This document shows, piece by piece, positions 25,150 through 38,077 of a DNA stretch of 64,000 nucleotides (position 1 is the stretch's first letter; each line of letters opens with the position of its first letter). Source of the DNA: Octopus sinensis (Eukaryota); NCBI RefSeq assembly GCF_006345805.1, contig NC_042997.1:202306001-202370000 (forward strand), written 5' to 3'. The position numbers and the translations under genes are program-made. The notes under the pieces were generated by a model. It was not told where the DNA came from. It saw only the letters and a list, made by a program, of their open reading frames with translations, and did not search any database.

Positions 25150-25430
25150 CATGCGTGGCTGTGATCTCACTTTAGTTGCTGGATCTTCTCAATCACAGCT
25201 TATCTCCAAGGCCTTGGTCTCATGTCATTGCCTCTGTGAGGCCCAATGTTCAAAGGTCGTGCTTCACCACCTCATTCCATGTCTTCCTGGGTCTACCTCT
25301 TCTACAGGTTCCTTCCACAGTTAGAGAGTGGCACTTCCTCACACAGTTGTCCTCATTCATACATAACACACGACCATACCAATGCAGTTGCCTCTCTTGC
25401 ACACCACTTTTGATGCTTCTTATACCCAAC
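25150..25430 (-). mobile_element. RTE LINE 3' end fragment
   Basis: RQLHWYGRVLCMNEDNCVRKC...RRGRPRKTWNEVVKHDL. Confidence 0.85.
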
Positions 25431-25446
25431 ATATATATATATATTG

Positions 25447-25726
25447 ATCATGGCCATTGCCAGCCTTGCCTGGCCCCCATGCCGGCGGCACGTAAAAAGC
25501 ACCATCCATCCGTGGTCGTTTGCCAGCCCCGTCTGGCACCTGTGCGGGTGGCACGTAAAAAGCACCCACTACACTCATGGAGTGGTTGGCGTTAGGAAGG
25601 GCATCCAGCCGTAGAAACACTGCCAGATCAGACAGGGCCTGGTGCAGCCTTCTGGCTTCCCAGACCCCAGTTGAACCGTCCAACCCATGCTAGCATGGAA
25701 AGCGGACGCTAAATGATGATGATGAT
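25447..25726 (+). mobile_element. SINE family C (CpG-rich)
   Basis: Two internal units, 3' module and (GAT)n tail. Confidence 0.85.
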
Positions 25727-25954
25727 ATATATATATATATTATAATTGAATATTATTAGGAATTGTATAAAAAAAATTGTTAAAATATTTTGCATATCGT
25801 AGAACTATAACCAAATTATTGCACATGAATTTTAGCAAGATCTTATATGCACCACTATTGAGAACCATTGCTGTGCTATAGAATCTGGAACTTATCAGCT
25901 GCTCTTCCAAGTCACTCTACTAAGTCTGGTGTGCCTTAGTTTTTGGTTGTCTCC

Positions 25955-26050
25955 CCTGCCTCCTGCTTCTTACATCAATAACCTGCTTGCCATCTCCAAC
26001 AACATCCATTCCTGTGCAGATGATATCACTCTTTATTCTTACTTAGTCAT
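25955..26050 (+). mobile_element. Small CR1/L2-group RT fragment
   Basis: YINNLLAISNNIHSCADDITL, the degenerate YADD region. Confidence 0.5.
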
Positions 26051-27174
26051 CACTCATATAGAATCTTGATGCCTTGTGACAAATCAACACATTTGGTCAA
26101 GTGGCTCTTTTCTGGACATCTGTTTGTGTGTGGCAGCAACACCTTCAACATTCCAAATTTAAAAGTAATTCTGCCACTAAACAAATACTCAGCTTCTTAT
26201 ATTTCATCTCTGTTCGATAAAGAATCCTCCCTGCAACATGTTTGGCTCCACTCCTTCCTCACAGCAAGATAATTTATTAGGATAGGATAAGCTTTTAGGA
26301 TAAAGCTCCTTCTCAGGTCATATAGACTCATAAGTTTGGTCTCCTGGATTCTGTAGTGCATCTCTGGGAATTGCAGGAATACTCACTTTTGCCATCTGAA
26401 TGGACTGGAGAAATATAAAATGAAGAGTCTTGCTCAAGAACACAATGCATTGCCCAGTCCAGAAATCGAGAAATAATTTATTCTACTTTATAAACTCTTA
26501 TTCTTAATATCTGCTGACTCAGACAATTTCTAATTTCCTCTGAATCTACCGTTTCACTTTGCTAGCCACACACATAGTGTAATGCCTTCAATGTCTCCAA
26601 CAATCTTTGATGTACCACTTGTAGCTTTCCCTGCTTTCATCTCTATAACTGCCTTGCTAATCACACTTGAAGCTAATCTCCAAAGCTGGTCTTTCTATCC
26701 CACTTCATTGCTTTCTTCTTTTCACCGAGACCGAACAACAACACTTGCGTCTGTGTCACCTCATACATCACTTCTTCCCGAATGACATCCTTGTTCATAC
26801 CTTCACGCTGCCTTGTAATTTGCAATATCATTCTCTGTAGTATTCTCTAACCCTATTATTAAATCGGTAGTAATGCACTAACTGTGTCATCATCATTGTC
26901 ATCATCGTCATCATTTTCATCTTTTAATTCTCCTCGTTACGATAAGTAATTGCTGCATTATCAAAATAACACCTCAGCTGTATCCTACATCACAGTTTTT
27001 TTTGTTTCTTTTTATTTTCCTTCAATCTGATCAAATAATATTTTGATGTCATATTTAATATACACTTTTTCCTCCCATCATGAGAATGAACTCCAGATGA
27101 ACTAAATATCATGATCTCTATGTAAGAAGTCAGTGCTTGAAACACTTGGACAGTATTTCATCTCATTGTTTAAA

Positions 27175-27205
<31 letters not shown>

Positions 27206-27858
27206 TTGTTCTTTCAGGATTCCCTAATTATTTCTCTTACTTTTAAATTATTGAATCTTTTCATAATTGAGCTTATCGCATTCTTATGAAATGATTTGAT
27301 TTATTTATTGACTACTACTACTATTTCTACTACAACTACTGCTACTGCTAATGTTTCTAAACACCATTATTCACTTTTTTCAAAGAACAAAAAATACAAA
27401 ATACTTATTCTTTCAGCAAAACAAAGAAGCTTGATGTCCATTAATTTCTGAAATTACTATCACATCACAGTGTCTGAAATGATTGCCTCTCTCTCTCTCT
27501 CTCTCTTTCTTTCTCGCTATATATATTATATATATATATATATAGAGAGAGAGAGGGGTTTATATAGGTTTTTATGGGCAATATTTTAGTTATGAAAAAT
27601 TTTAGTTTATAGTTCAAAAGTAAATGATAAGTGAACTTTATGAAATTTCTTTCATGTCCATGTATGGTGTGTGGGGGGGGGCGTGCACACATAATGGTTA
27701 TGGAATGAGTGTGCTAGGTTATTGACCGTAATTGCTTATTTTCTGTGTGTTTTACTTTGAGTTAATAAATAAGAATGATTTGATCTAAAATAAATGTGCT
27801 GTTTTAATTTGATTAATTATGTCATTTTGTCCCTTTTTCTACTTTTCCTTTTCGTTAG

Positions 27859-27957
27859 GGTGCATTGAAGGTTATTCGCAGTCTTGACGAGATTGATAGT
27901 CCTGAAGACCATGTCCTTGTTATAAATGTGAGGTGTGGGAATAGCATTACTATCGTG
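27859..27957 (+). CDS. Cadherin-family gene, 99-bp exon (EC1 C-terminal half)
   Basis: Long polypyrimidine tract with AG at 27857-27858 and donor GTG|GTAAGT at 27958; phase 0/0. Encodes GALKVIRSLDEIDSPEDHVLVINVRCGNSITIV, completing the IDxxTGxLxxxxxLD motif begun in the previous exon. Not in the ORF track. Confidence 0.85.
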
Positions 27958-28461
27958 GTAAGTATACCAACATTACCATTTTCCAAACTACCTGGTACAT
28001 TATCTATCAATCTCAGAACGGTGAAAGTTTAACACAACAAGATTTGATCCCAGAACACAGAGAACTGGAGCAAATACTGCCAAGCATTTTATCCAATGTC
28101 CCAAAAAATTCTACCATTCTCTGCTGCTATAAATTTTTGTCAAGATCTATTAGCTATAACTGCTATAGCAAGCATTTAAAAGTATATATTCTTGATTTGT
28201 TTTCAGTATAAATTTATAAAATACACTGAATTAATTTTATTTTATTTAATTTATGGTAGTTCATAGATATTGTCATCTTCATTGCTATCATGTATAATTT
28301 TAGTATGAAAATCCACATTGCTCCAGTCCACTCAGCTGTGAATGGGTGAGTCTTCACTGATCTGGTTCTGTATAAGGGGACTGTTGTGACCTCGGTCACT
28401 TACATGCTTTTCAAATTGGGTTACCAGCCCACTGAGTCCTTGGACTTGAAATAGTGTCCAA

Positions 28462-29606
28462 CACTGGGGTCTGTGGAAAGCTGCTGCAATGGATAAATTG
28501 TTTCCTGATGAACAGAACCCAACATGTTGTGGTTGAGGGAGTCTGATCTAATTCAGCCACAGTCAGTAGTGGTGTCCCACAAAGTACTGTGTTGGGCCCA
28601 CTCTTCCTTATCTACATCAGTGACACAGACATCATCAAACACTGTACACTGAAAATCTTTGCAGCTGATTCCAAGCTCCAGAAGGCCAGAAACGGTATGG
28701 GAAACCAACATGCTTTCAGTCGGATCTGTTTGCTGTTGTCCAATGAAGACAAGTTCAATTTGATCCAATTTGGAAAAGAGGATGCTCTGAAACTACCATG
28801 TGCCCTTCCTTCGAGTGACTCCCTAGTGTCAGCCAACAATACCAGAGACCTTGGAGTAATTGTTGATAACAATCTAAGCTGGAGTTCCCATGCAAACAGT
28901 AAGGTTGACTTGGCCTGCAAGATGTGCTCCTGGATTCTGAGAAATTTCTGGTCTGGAGATGCTCACACCATCATCCTTCTCTGCTCTATTTTTGCTTGAC
29001 CTCACCTTGAATACTGTTGCCCACTGTGGTTTCCCCACACAAAGCAAAGCATTATGAAAGTGGAAGCATTCCAGAGGTCAATAACAAGAAAGATAGATGG
29101 TATGACAGGCATTGACTACTGGGGTTGACTAAAAAAAATCAATCTCTACTCTCTCCAATGCCACCATGAGCACTATATCATGTGTATGATGTGGAAAATA
29201 TTCCATCAATATTGCACAAATGATGTTGGTACCAGTTTTAAAATCCACCCAAGACTTGGCCTCCATGCTATCCACCCACTACAAAACTCAATCTCAAGAC
29301 ACATAACAACATTGTGACACAACTACTTTACCTCAGCCAGTCTGGTTCTATTTAATATTATACCAAAAACATCAAAACATAAAACAGATCCCATAAAATT
29401 CAAAAGTTCACAGGACAAATTTTCTCAAAAAAATCCCTGACCAACCTCCTTCACCCAGATGTCTCCAACAATAACTTTTTACTAGAGTGATCCATGGTGC
29501 CCGATATATGACTGAGGTGTGAATGATGATCTAAAAGACTTCACCAAGTGGTGCTATTAAGTTAGACATGGCCTGGGCCTCTATACTGGCCGAAACCTAT
29601 CTAAGT
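28462..29606 (+). mobile_element. 5'-truncated CR1/L2-group LINE (RT core to 3' end)
   Basis: SGVPQSTVLGPLFLIYISD, KIFAADSKL, RDLGVIVDNNLSW, PHLEYCCPLW...QRSITRKI; stops and frameshifts present. Confidence 0.9.
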
Positions 29607-29811
29607 TATATCTTAGAACCAACTGTTGTTAAATGCTTACAATATATTTGAGGATGAAGTTACTTAATTCTAACAGCTTCCATTGTCTACTTTCCCCTTT
29701 GCCTCGGTTATAGACGAAGTATGTTGAAATATAAATGAATAAATAGTGAGATATTGACAAAGGATACAATTGAAACTAATTGTAGGTCTGTGCACTCTGA
29801 AAACATTAGTG

Positions 29812-30335
29812 ATCATCATCATCGTCATCATCATCGTTTAATGTCCGCTTTCCATGCTAGCATGGGTTAGATGATTTTGACTAAGGGCTGGTGAACCAGA
29901 TGGCTGCACCAGGCTCCAATCTTGATCTGGCAGAGTTTCTACAGCTGTATGCCCTTCCTAACGCCAACCACTCCGAGAGTGTAGTGGGTGCTTTTTACAT
30001 GCCATCGGCACGGGGCCAGTCAGGCGGTACTGGCAACGACCTCGCTCGAATATTTTTACACATGCTACCGGCACAGGTGCCAATAAGGCGACGCTGATAA
30101 CGATCACGCCAGTTAACCACTCTGGCAACGATCATGCTCGGATGGTGCTCTTAGCGCCCTACTAGCACAGGCACAAGTGCCAGTAAGACGACGCTGGTAA
30201 CGATCACACTCGAATGGTGCCTTTTATGTGCCACTGGCACAGAAGCCGGTTAGCCGCTCTGTCAACGATCACACTCGTATGGTGCTCTTTGCACCCCACT
30301 AGCACGGATGCCAGTCATCGAATTTGATTTTGATT
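29812..30335 (-). mobile_element. SINE family C with long internal tandem array
   Basis: Repeated GGCAACGATCACGCTCG-ATGGTGC units. Confidence 0.85.
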
Positions 30336-33300
30336 TGTTTGAAAAAGTTATGATGGCTGAAATATATAGCTGGCTTTTTGAGAAAATGTTGTTGAAAGTA
30401 AGTTTATGAAGTAAATCGTCTTTAGATATTATACATGTACAATTGGCAAACCAAGCCCTGGACAGAGGGAGGGCATCTGGTTGATAGCTGATGATGTACA
30501 ATTATTAAACAATAACACAGGAACAATTTTGAACATAACTACAGTTAGTCTTCTGTCACATCAAGTTTTTTTTCTCTACAGCTTTCTCTCTGAATAATCA
30601 CAATTGCATTGTTTGTCAGTACGTGATAGGGCTGGTCTGCTGCTTTCATTATTTTATTAATAATTATCAATAATTATAGATGACAATTATAATTATACTA
30701 TCAAAGCTAGGTTTGGATTTGATATAAACTTTCCCTTAAGTAGTATTTCCTCGATATACATAAGTCACATACGCTCAGTGTTTTCTAGAGATAATGGAAT
30801 ATTGTGGGTATAAAGTTCTATTGTGAACATAAAGTTAGTTGTAATTCAATTGACATAATAGTAAATGGCGGATTTCATGTGATTATTTGAACATATAATT
30901 TTAAAACTATTCTATTATGAAATAAATAAATAGTAAAATGTATAAGTAAAATTACCTTCAGGTTTCATATAATGGAATTATTAACTGTAAAGAAATTCTC
31001 TATTAAAAGACTGTAATTTGATATTTTCATATCTTTTTTATCGGGTTTTTGACTAAAAATGGTTATAGCAATGAAAAGTATTCAGTCTAAAATAATCAAA
31101 AGAAAATTTAGTTGTGTTGGGTCTCAACCACTGCTGACACTTTTATATTTTATTTCGGTTTTTCTTTTCCTTTTCCTTTTTCCCCCACCTCTAATATATT
31201 TTAGGGTGAATGACTTAGGGGTTTAGAGTGTTTGCACTTGCAATCAAAAGATTATGGTGTTGATTCCTGGACTGGGGCTGTGTGTTGTGTTCTTGAACAA
31301 AACACTTCATTTCAGGACACTTAGCTGTAAATAGGTAACTCTGCAGTGGACAGGTAATGTTTTGGCCTTGGTCACTTACATGCCATTGAAAGTGGGTAAC
31401 TACCCCAATCAGTCCTTGGACTTGTGACAGTACTTACATTAATATATCTTGGGACCAACTGTTGATGATTTTTTACCATATTTTGGGGATGAAGTTACTT
31501 AATTGTAACAGCTTCCATTGTCTACTTCTTCCGCATCTATTTAAGACTGTTAAAAATGAAACAAACAATTCTCTTATATATACGATCCTTGACATGCCAC
31601 TTACTTTAAAATTCCTTAATCTAAAAACACTTAAATGATTCGTCAAGCACTTAAATGCTTGACCTGTTAGAAATAGCAACCAAATCTCCCTTACATTACA
31701 TCTTTACTGTCTTAAAAATGGCAGGGTGCCTCTGATAATGTAATTTTAGACAGCAGTGCCTAAGAAAAGAACAGGTTGGAACTGTTCCGAGGGATAAACA
31801 ACCACCATCCAATGAGAGGCCTTTATCCACATATTCTACTAAAAACAATGCAACCAAATCACTCTCCATCATCCTAAAAATGGAAAAACACATTAGATAA
31901 CCTTATTCTTGATACAGTCCACCTGATAACCAACTACTTAGGTCACAGCTCATACCATAGATCAATTCAACCAGAGTTGATCAGGAACTGAACAACTACA
32001 AAAATCAGATGTACAGCTACAATTGAAACAAAATGAAAAATCTACCTCCAACAGTCGTAAGAGTTGAAAAGACAAGAACATGTGTTGACAAACTGAAATG
32101 ATTATTTGTTGAGACAAAGGAATTATCATTTAATGTTAACTTTTCCTTGTGTGGCACCCAGGATGTCATACAATGGAACTGGATCCCAAGATCACATGGT
32201 TGGGAAGCAAGCTTCTTAACTACGTAGTTATGGAGATGGTATTTGCTATTAAACTCTACACATCCTGTTTAAAATTTTCTAAGTCCTTTAATGATGGAGC
32301 AGGAAATATCTAAAAATGGGTTTGATGATGCAAACAGAAAAAATAGAATTCAAAACTGCCACACATGGGACTGAACTCAGAACTATGTGGTTGGGAAGCA
32401 ACACAGCCATGCCAGAGCACAGAGCTGGTTAAGATTGCCCATACAAGAAAGCTTCCCCTCTCGTTGTTACTGATGTTGTCCAAGGATGATACAACTCAAA
32501 TGCAAAAACCTAGAACAAATACTGCAGGGCATTCTGTTTTATACACTTAACAATTTCACAGGTCCAAAACCCTGTTTTTTTACTTGAAAGGATGAAAGAC
32601 AATATTGACTTCAGTAGGATTTGAACTCAGAACATAAAGAGCCTCAACAAATGTATTTGGGTATTTTGTCCAGTGTTCTCGTGGTTCTGCCAACCCACCA
32701 GCTCTACTGATATTACCATAATATTCAGCTTAATAATGGAATATTTTAATTGTTGACATACAATAAAGATCATGCTATTTGATGTGGTGAATAATTAAGG
32801 AAGGCAACAGTGGGAGGAGGGAGATAAAAGAACGAAACTATTTCATCAGTTGTAACCTATGTCACTCAAATTTACATTATATAATAATTATATTTAAGAT
32901 CAAAGGAAATTAGAAATAGATTGGATTTTTCTAATTACATCTTAAAACAGTCATGTTTTCTTTATATCAACAAACTGAAATCTAATATAATTAACAAATA
33001 ATCCAAATACATTAATTTGGAGTCTGTACAACATCGTAATAATTTCCAACATTGGTACAGTATCATAAATTGCAGTGGGTGGTGGGATGTGTATACTTTG
33101 TTAGATTGATCCCTAATAGTTGACTGATATTTATTCTGTCAAATTTATTCTGTCAACTCTGAAGGATGAAAGGCAAGGTGAACTTGGGCAGAATTTAAAT
33201 TCAGTACGTAAAGAGACCTGGCTAAACTCTGAAAAACATTTTGTTTTATGCCTTACCAATTCTACCAGGTGCTTCCCTTCTAAATGTCATGATACTGCTT

Positions 33301-34072
33301 GTTGTGTAAGTGAGTCTATGGGTTTGCTGTGTAATTATGGTCAAAAAGAAAGTTAGGCCCTCATGCAGATGCAGCAGTCACCAGACAGCTCAGATCAACC
33401 CTAGCAGAGAGCACCATGAACTCCCACCAAAAACATTTGGAAGCTTAACGCTTCTAAAAGTTTGTTGGCACCATGTGCAGGCAAGCTGAAGTAGAACTTG
33501 TGAGACATGTACGGTTTAGATAAACGCACTTCTGGATGTTATTGTAGCTCTTAACATTTTTCCCCATTTCTCACTGTTCCATGCCTATAAAAAATTATGT
33601 ATAAGCAGATAGACTCCAAAAGAAAATTGAAATCTTGGAGAGTAATTGAAGCTAGGAACTTGATATATTTCTAAAGGTATTGTATAAATAGTCAACAGGA
33701 AATGCTAAAAGCAAACCGTCATGAACTCTACTAAATAAGCAATACAATTAGAAGTAGATACACAAGAAGCCTAGCGTGATACCTGGTATCTGATGTTGTG
33801 TTCTGTATGCCATATATAACTGGTTCAGCTAATTCTAGCATACAAGAAATACAATGACTGTTTACTAACCTGAAGCTAGTTTACATATAAATGATATGTA
33901 GACTTTGGATGACTTTCCTCTTTGTGACCATCCCATCTTTTGGTGAAATATTTCTAATAGGTTGGGCATGTACGAAACCTGGATGCAAAAGACAAAGTTC
34001 TCTTATTTTTTATGTACCAGTAACACAGACCTGTAGCAGTCTAACTGTTATAGTAATTCAATCTGAAATCTG

Positions 34073-34368
34073 TGGAGGCACATGGCCTAGTGGTTAGAGC
34101 AGTGGACTCACAGTCGAAGGATCGTGGGTTCGAATCTCAGACCGGGCGATGTGTGTGTTCATGAGCGAAGCACCACGCGGCTCCAGCAGAAGGTAACGGC
34201 GAACTTCTGCTGACTCTTTTGCCACAACTTTCTCTCACTATTTCCTCCTGCATCTTGCAGCTCACCTGCGACGGACCGGCGTCCCGTCCAGGTGGGGAAC
34301 CTATACGCCTAGGAAAGTGGGAAACCGGCCCTTATGAGCCAGGTATGGCTCGAGAAGGAACAAACAAT
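34073..34368 (+). mobile_element. tRNA-derived SINE family D1
   Basis: A box TGGCCTAGTGG, B box GGTTCGAATCT, AACAAACA tail; flanking direct repeat AATCTGAAATCTG. Confidence 0.85.
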
Positions 34369-35154
34369 CTGAAATCTGCCAAGGAAAGTGATAAACAGGG
34401 GTGGGGTGGGACCTTAAGTCCATTTATGTATCATGTGCTTGGCTCAGACGTACTGTTTTCACATTTCCAATAGACCTGTAGAAAATGGTGAACAGCTAAA
34501 GCTTCACCTACACCTTTCTATATTGCTGGGAGGAGTCACTACACCCTTCTATATTGCTAAGAGAATGCAACTGTTCAATCTGAAAACTAAAAACAGTTGT
34601 GAAAACTGAACAAGTATTCAAAGAATGTCCCTGACAAAAGTCTGACAGAAACATAACGATATGCAGGTGCAAGATGCAAATGAGGTCTGTGTAATGTGTA
34701 CACAAGATGCAAGTGAATCTGTATCATGTGCATGCTTTGGTTCCAGTCAGCCTGTAGAGGGTGAATAAGAAAGGTATTAGAATGCATCTATGTAAATATG
34801 TTTGTATTCTCATCTTCCACATTTTCTCTGCTAAAACTAACCAATTTGTAAAGCAAAATAATGTGTTAGAGAGTTCAGTTCTGTGAACTACAGTTATGCA
34901 ACATAAGGAGTTGCTAAGTGTTAAGCTTACATATATTCTTGGTGTGGGTTCATGGTGCTCCCTGCTAGAGTTGATCTGAGTTGCTTGGTGACTGCTGCAT
35001 CTGTGTTGGTACTTCATGGCTGATCTACTGCCCTTACCTTTGGATCTGCACTTGTAAGATATAACGTGTCCCAAGGGGTGACAATTTCAAAGAAGCTATA
35101 TCTAGCCAAGTGATACGTCTGAGTATTAATGAACATTTAATCTATAATTGTAAA

Positions 35155-35408
35155 TGTAGTGTGATGGAGGAAAAAGGACAACAGAAAAAGAAGCAACAGG
35201 AGAAAGAAATACAAAATCAGCGGCCACTCTCACGAATTCAACACGTCTTGTCGCTCTGCGCTCTTTGCTGGAACTGACCACACGTGCTTCCTGACCACAC
35301 ATGCCCCTTTCACTCTTCCACTGGCCCCTGCAAGCCTTACTTCCGTCCACCTCATCTGTCATCCTCTCCACCAGCACCACATAGCTCATCACAGCCCATA
35401 ACACCACA
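35155..35408. mobile_element. Probable solo LTR
   Basis: TGTAGTGT...ACACCACA termini (TG...CA, inverted), 5-bp flanks GTAAA/GTGAA, GC-richer than the surroundings. Confidence 0.5.
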
Positions 35409-36067
35409 GTGAATCCAATAAAGTATATTTTGTTGGTCTAATGATTATGGATTAAATGTTTGTGTGTGTATTTGTGTATATATTTTTCATCATCATCATC
35501 ATTTAACGTCCATTTTCCATACTGGCATGGGTTGGACAGTTTGACAGGAGCCAGCAAGCCAGAGAGCTACACCAGGCTCCATTTGTCTGTTTTGGCATGG
35601 TTTGATATGACTAGATTCTCCTCCTAATACCTACCACTTTACACAGTGTACTGGGTGCTTTATATGTGGCAGCAGCATGGATGCTTTTTACATCCATGCT
35701 GCTGCCACATATAAAAAGCACACACACGTGGCACCATGTAAAAAGCACTAGTGCAGGTGCTTTTTACATGGTGCCACATGTGTGTGTGTGTAACATGTAT
35801 TTAGTCAAACCCATGTGATTATGGAAAAACTGAATGTAAAAATAATGGTGACGATGTATGTTTGTATATCTGTGTTGGGTGCAGGAATACATGCACATAT
35901 ATATATATATATATACCCAGTACAGATATCTATTTTTAGGGGGTTCTTAAAAATAAAGTGTATTTACTTTTATTGTAGGAAAGTGACTTAGTTTTGAAGT
36001 TTCAGGTAATGGCATTTAATAGTTAGTGAGATTAACATTGACAGAACTTTGTTATAAAATAGACAGG

Positions 36068-36613
36068 TACATGTACATGCATGCATGCAGGCATATATAC
36101 ATATATACATACATACATACATACATACGTACATGCATACATACATGCATACATATATACATATATATACATACATACATGTATACCTACATACATACGT
36201 ACGTAAATGCATACGTACATGCATACATACATACGTGCATGCATACATACATACATACATACACATATATACATACATACATATGTACATACATACATAC
36301 AAACATGCATACATGTATACATACATACGTACGTAAATGCATACGTACATACATACATACGTGCATACATGCATACATACATGCATACATACAAACATGC
36401 ATACATATATACATACATGCGTACATACATACATACATACGTACATACATACATACATACATACATACATACATACATACATACATACATACATACACAC
36501 ATGCATGCATGCATACATACAAACATACATACAAACATACATACATACATACATACATACATACATACATGTGTGTATATGTATATACCCACTCATGCAC
36601 ACATACACACACA
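36068..36613. repeat. (TACA)n tetranucleotide complex repeat
   Basis: Seen directly; source of the spurious YIHT and CMYV ORFs. Confidence 0.95.
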
Positions 36614-37652
36614 GAGTGAATCTCTAGTATAACTAATACACAAATTCATCTCTTTGCCTTTGACATTTTATTTTCAGTAAAAAAAAATTCTAATTGCAGT
36701 GAAAGTTCACTTGTCTCTCTTCAGTTATTTTCTTATTCTGATTTTCCTTTTAACTTGTTTATCTCTTAACTTTCTTATTTAAGAAACTTTCAGTTTTATC
36801 CGTCGTCTGTCAAAATATTTGATAGATGACATAGATTCATTTCCATTTCTTCTTAATCACTTGTCATAATATTTAATCTTTAGATTTGTTTCAAGTCAAT
36901 TTTAACTTAATCTTTTTATTGTTCTACTTTTTTCTTTTTAATTTTTTTTTTCTCGTCTTCGTTGTATTCGCATTAATTTTTCGGGTGTTTTGCTGCTGCT
37001 ATTAAGTATTTGTCATTTAGTTACTTCAAGCATGATAATTCCTTTATGATAAACTCTATTTAATTTACAAGTCTGTATGTCAGCCTATTTTTCCTTTCTT
37101 TTTTTTCTTTCTCTGTAAGTCTAATTTGTACGCAATGAGATAATTATTATTTGGTTTTCAATCTGCACTCTACTTTTCCTGAAAGTTCTCTAAGAATTTG
37201 TTGAAACTTTCTGTATTTTCCTAAATCAGACTAAACCATGATAAAATACTTGAGGTTCAAATTTAGATTTTATTCAAATTAATGTTTAAAATATATAAAA
37301 AAATTTTTCATTATTAAATGGTTTCATCGTCAAATATATACAATGATTCATATGTTACATTTAATGGAGAACATAATACAAATTTAACTCTAATTTAAAA
37401 TCTAAGAGCTGCAGCTAAACACGCCATTTGGTCTGAGGTGAACAACCCATTATCCTCTCACATCATTTTCCGTTGTTTGATGAGATAGTTATAGTTGTTG
37501 TTTTTTTCTCAATAATTTTGATTTTTATTCTGTTAATGTTTTATCTTTTCTTTACTTCCTGTGAAAATATGTTTATAAAACATTAAATTTTCTGGAAAAA
37601 AATTTTACATTAAAATATTTATTTATTTATCTTTGTTTATCTTTTTTTAAAA

Positions 37653-37885
37653 AGCACCATTTGAGCGTGGCCGTTGCCAGTATTGCCTGACTGGCCCTCG
37701 TGCCGGTGGCACGTAAAAGCACCTACTACACTCTCGGAGTGGTTGGCATTAGGAACAGCATCCAGCTGTAGAAACTCTGCCAGATCAGATTGGAGCCTAG
37801 CGCAGCCATCTGGTTCGCCAGACCTCAGTCAAATCGTCCAACCCATGCTAGCATGGAAAGCGGACGTTAAACAATTATGATGATG
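37653..37885 (+). mobile_element. SINE family C
   Basis: Same module. Confidence 0.85.
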
Positions 37886-38077
37886 TTGATCTTTGTATTT
37901 TTAATTCTGTCACTTCATAACGATGTAGTGCCAGGTTCAATGTCATTGTGTGGCAGCTTGTACATCTTTAGAATGAGACAATTCTGTGCTGCTGTTTGGA
38001 TTCAGATGATTTGGCACAGCTAACTGGACATCCAGCCTGTTTGGGCAGCAGTAAATTTTGGTGTTGGAGGCAAACTG

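Noticed and set aside
29990-30335. Regularly spaced repeats that superficially resemble a CRISPR array
   Set aside because: Units are degenerate tandem copies with no unique spacers, inside a SINE-like element in eukaryotic DNA; no cas genes.
34073-34150. tRNA-like sequence with A and B boxes (also 51894-51970)
   Set aside because: No proper acceptor stem, and it continues into a SINE body present in several copies. A SINE head, not a tRNA gene.
35988-36632. Several 140-206 aa ORFs on both strands
   Set aside because: Translations of the (TACA)n repeat; no coding signal.
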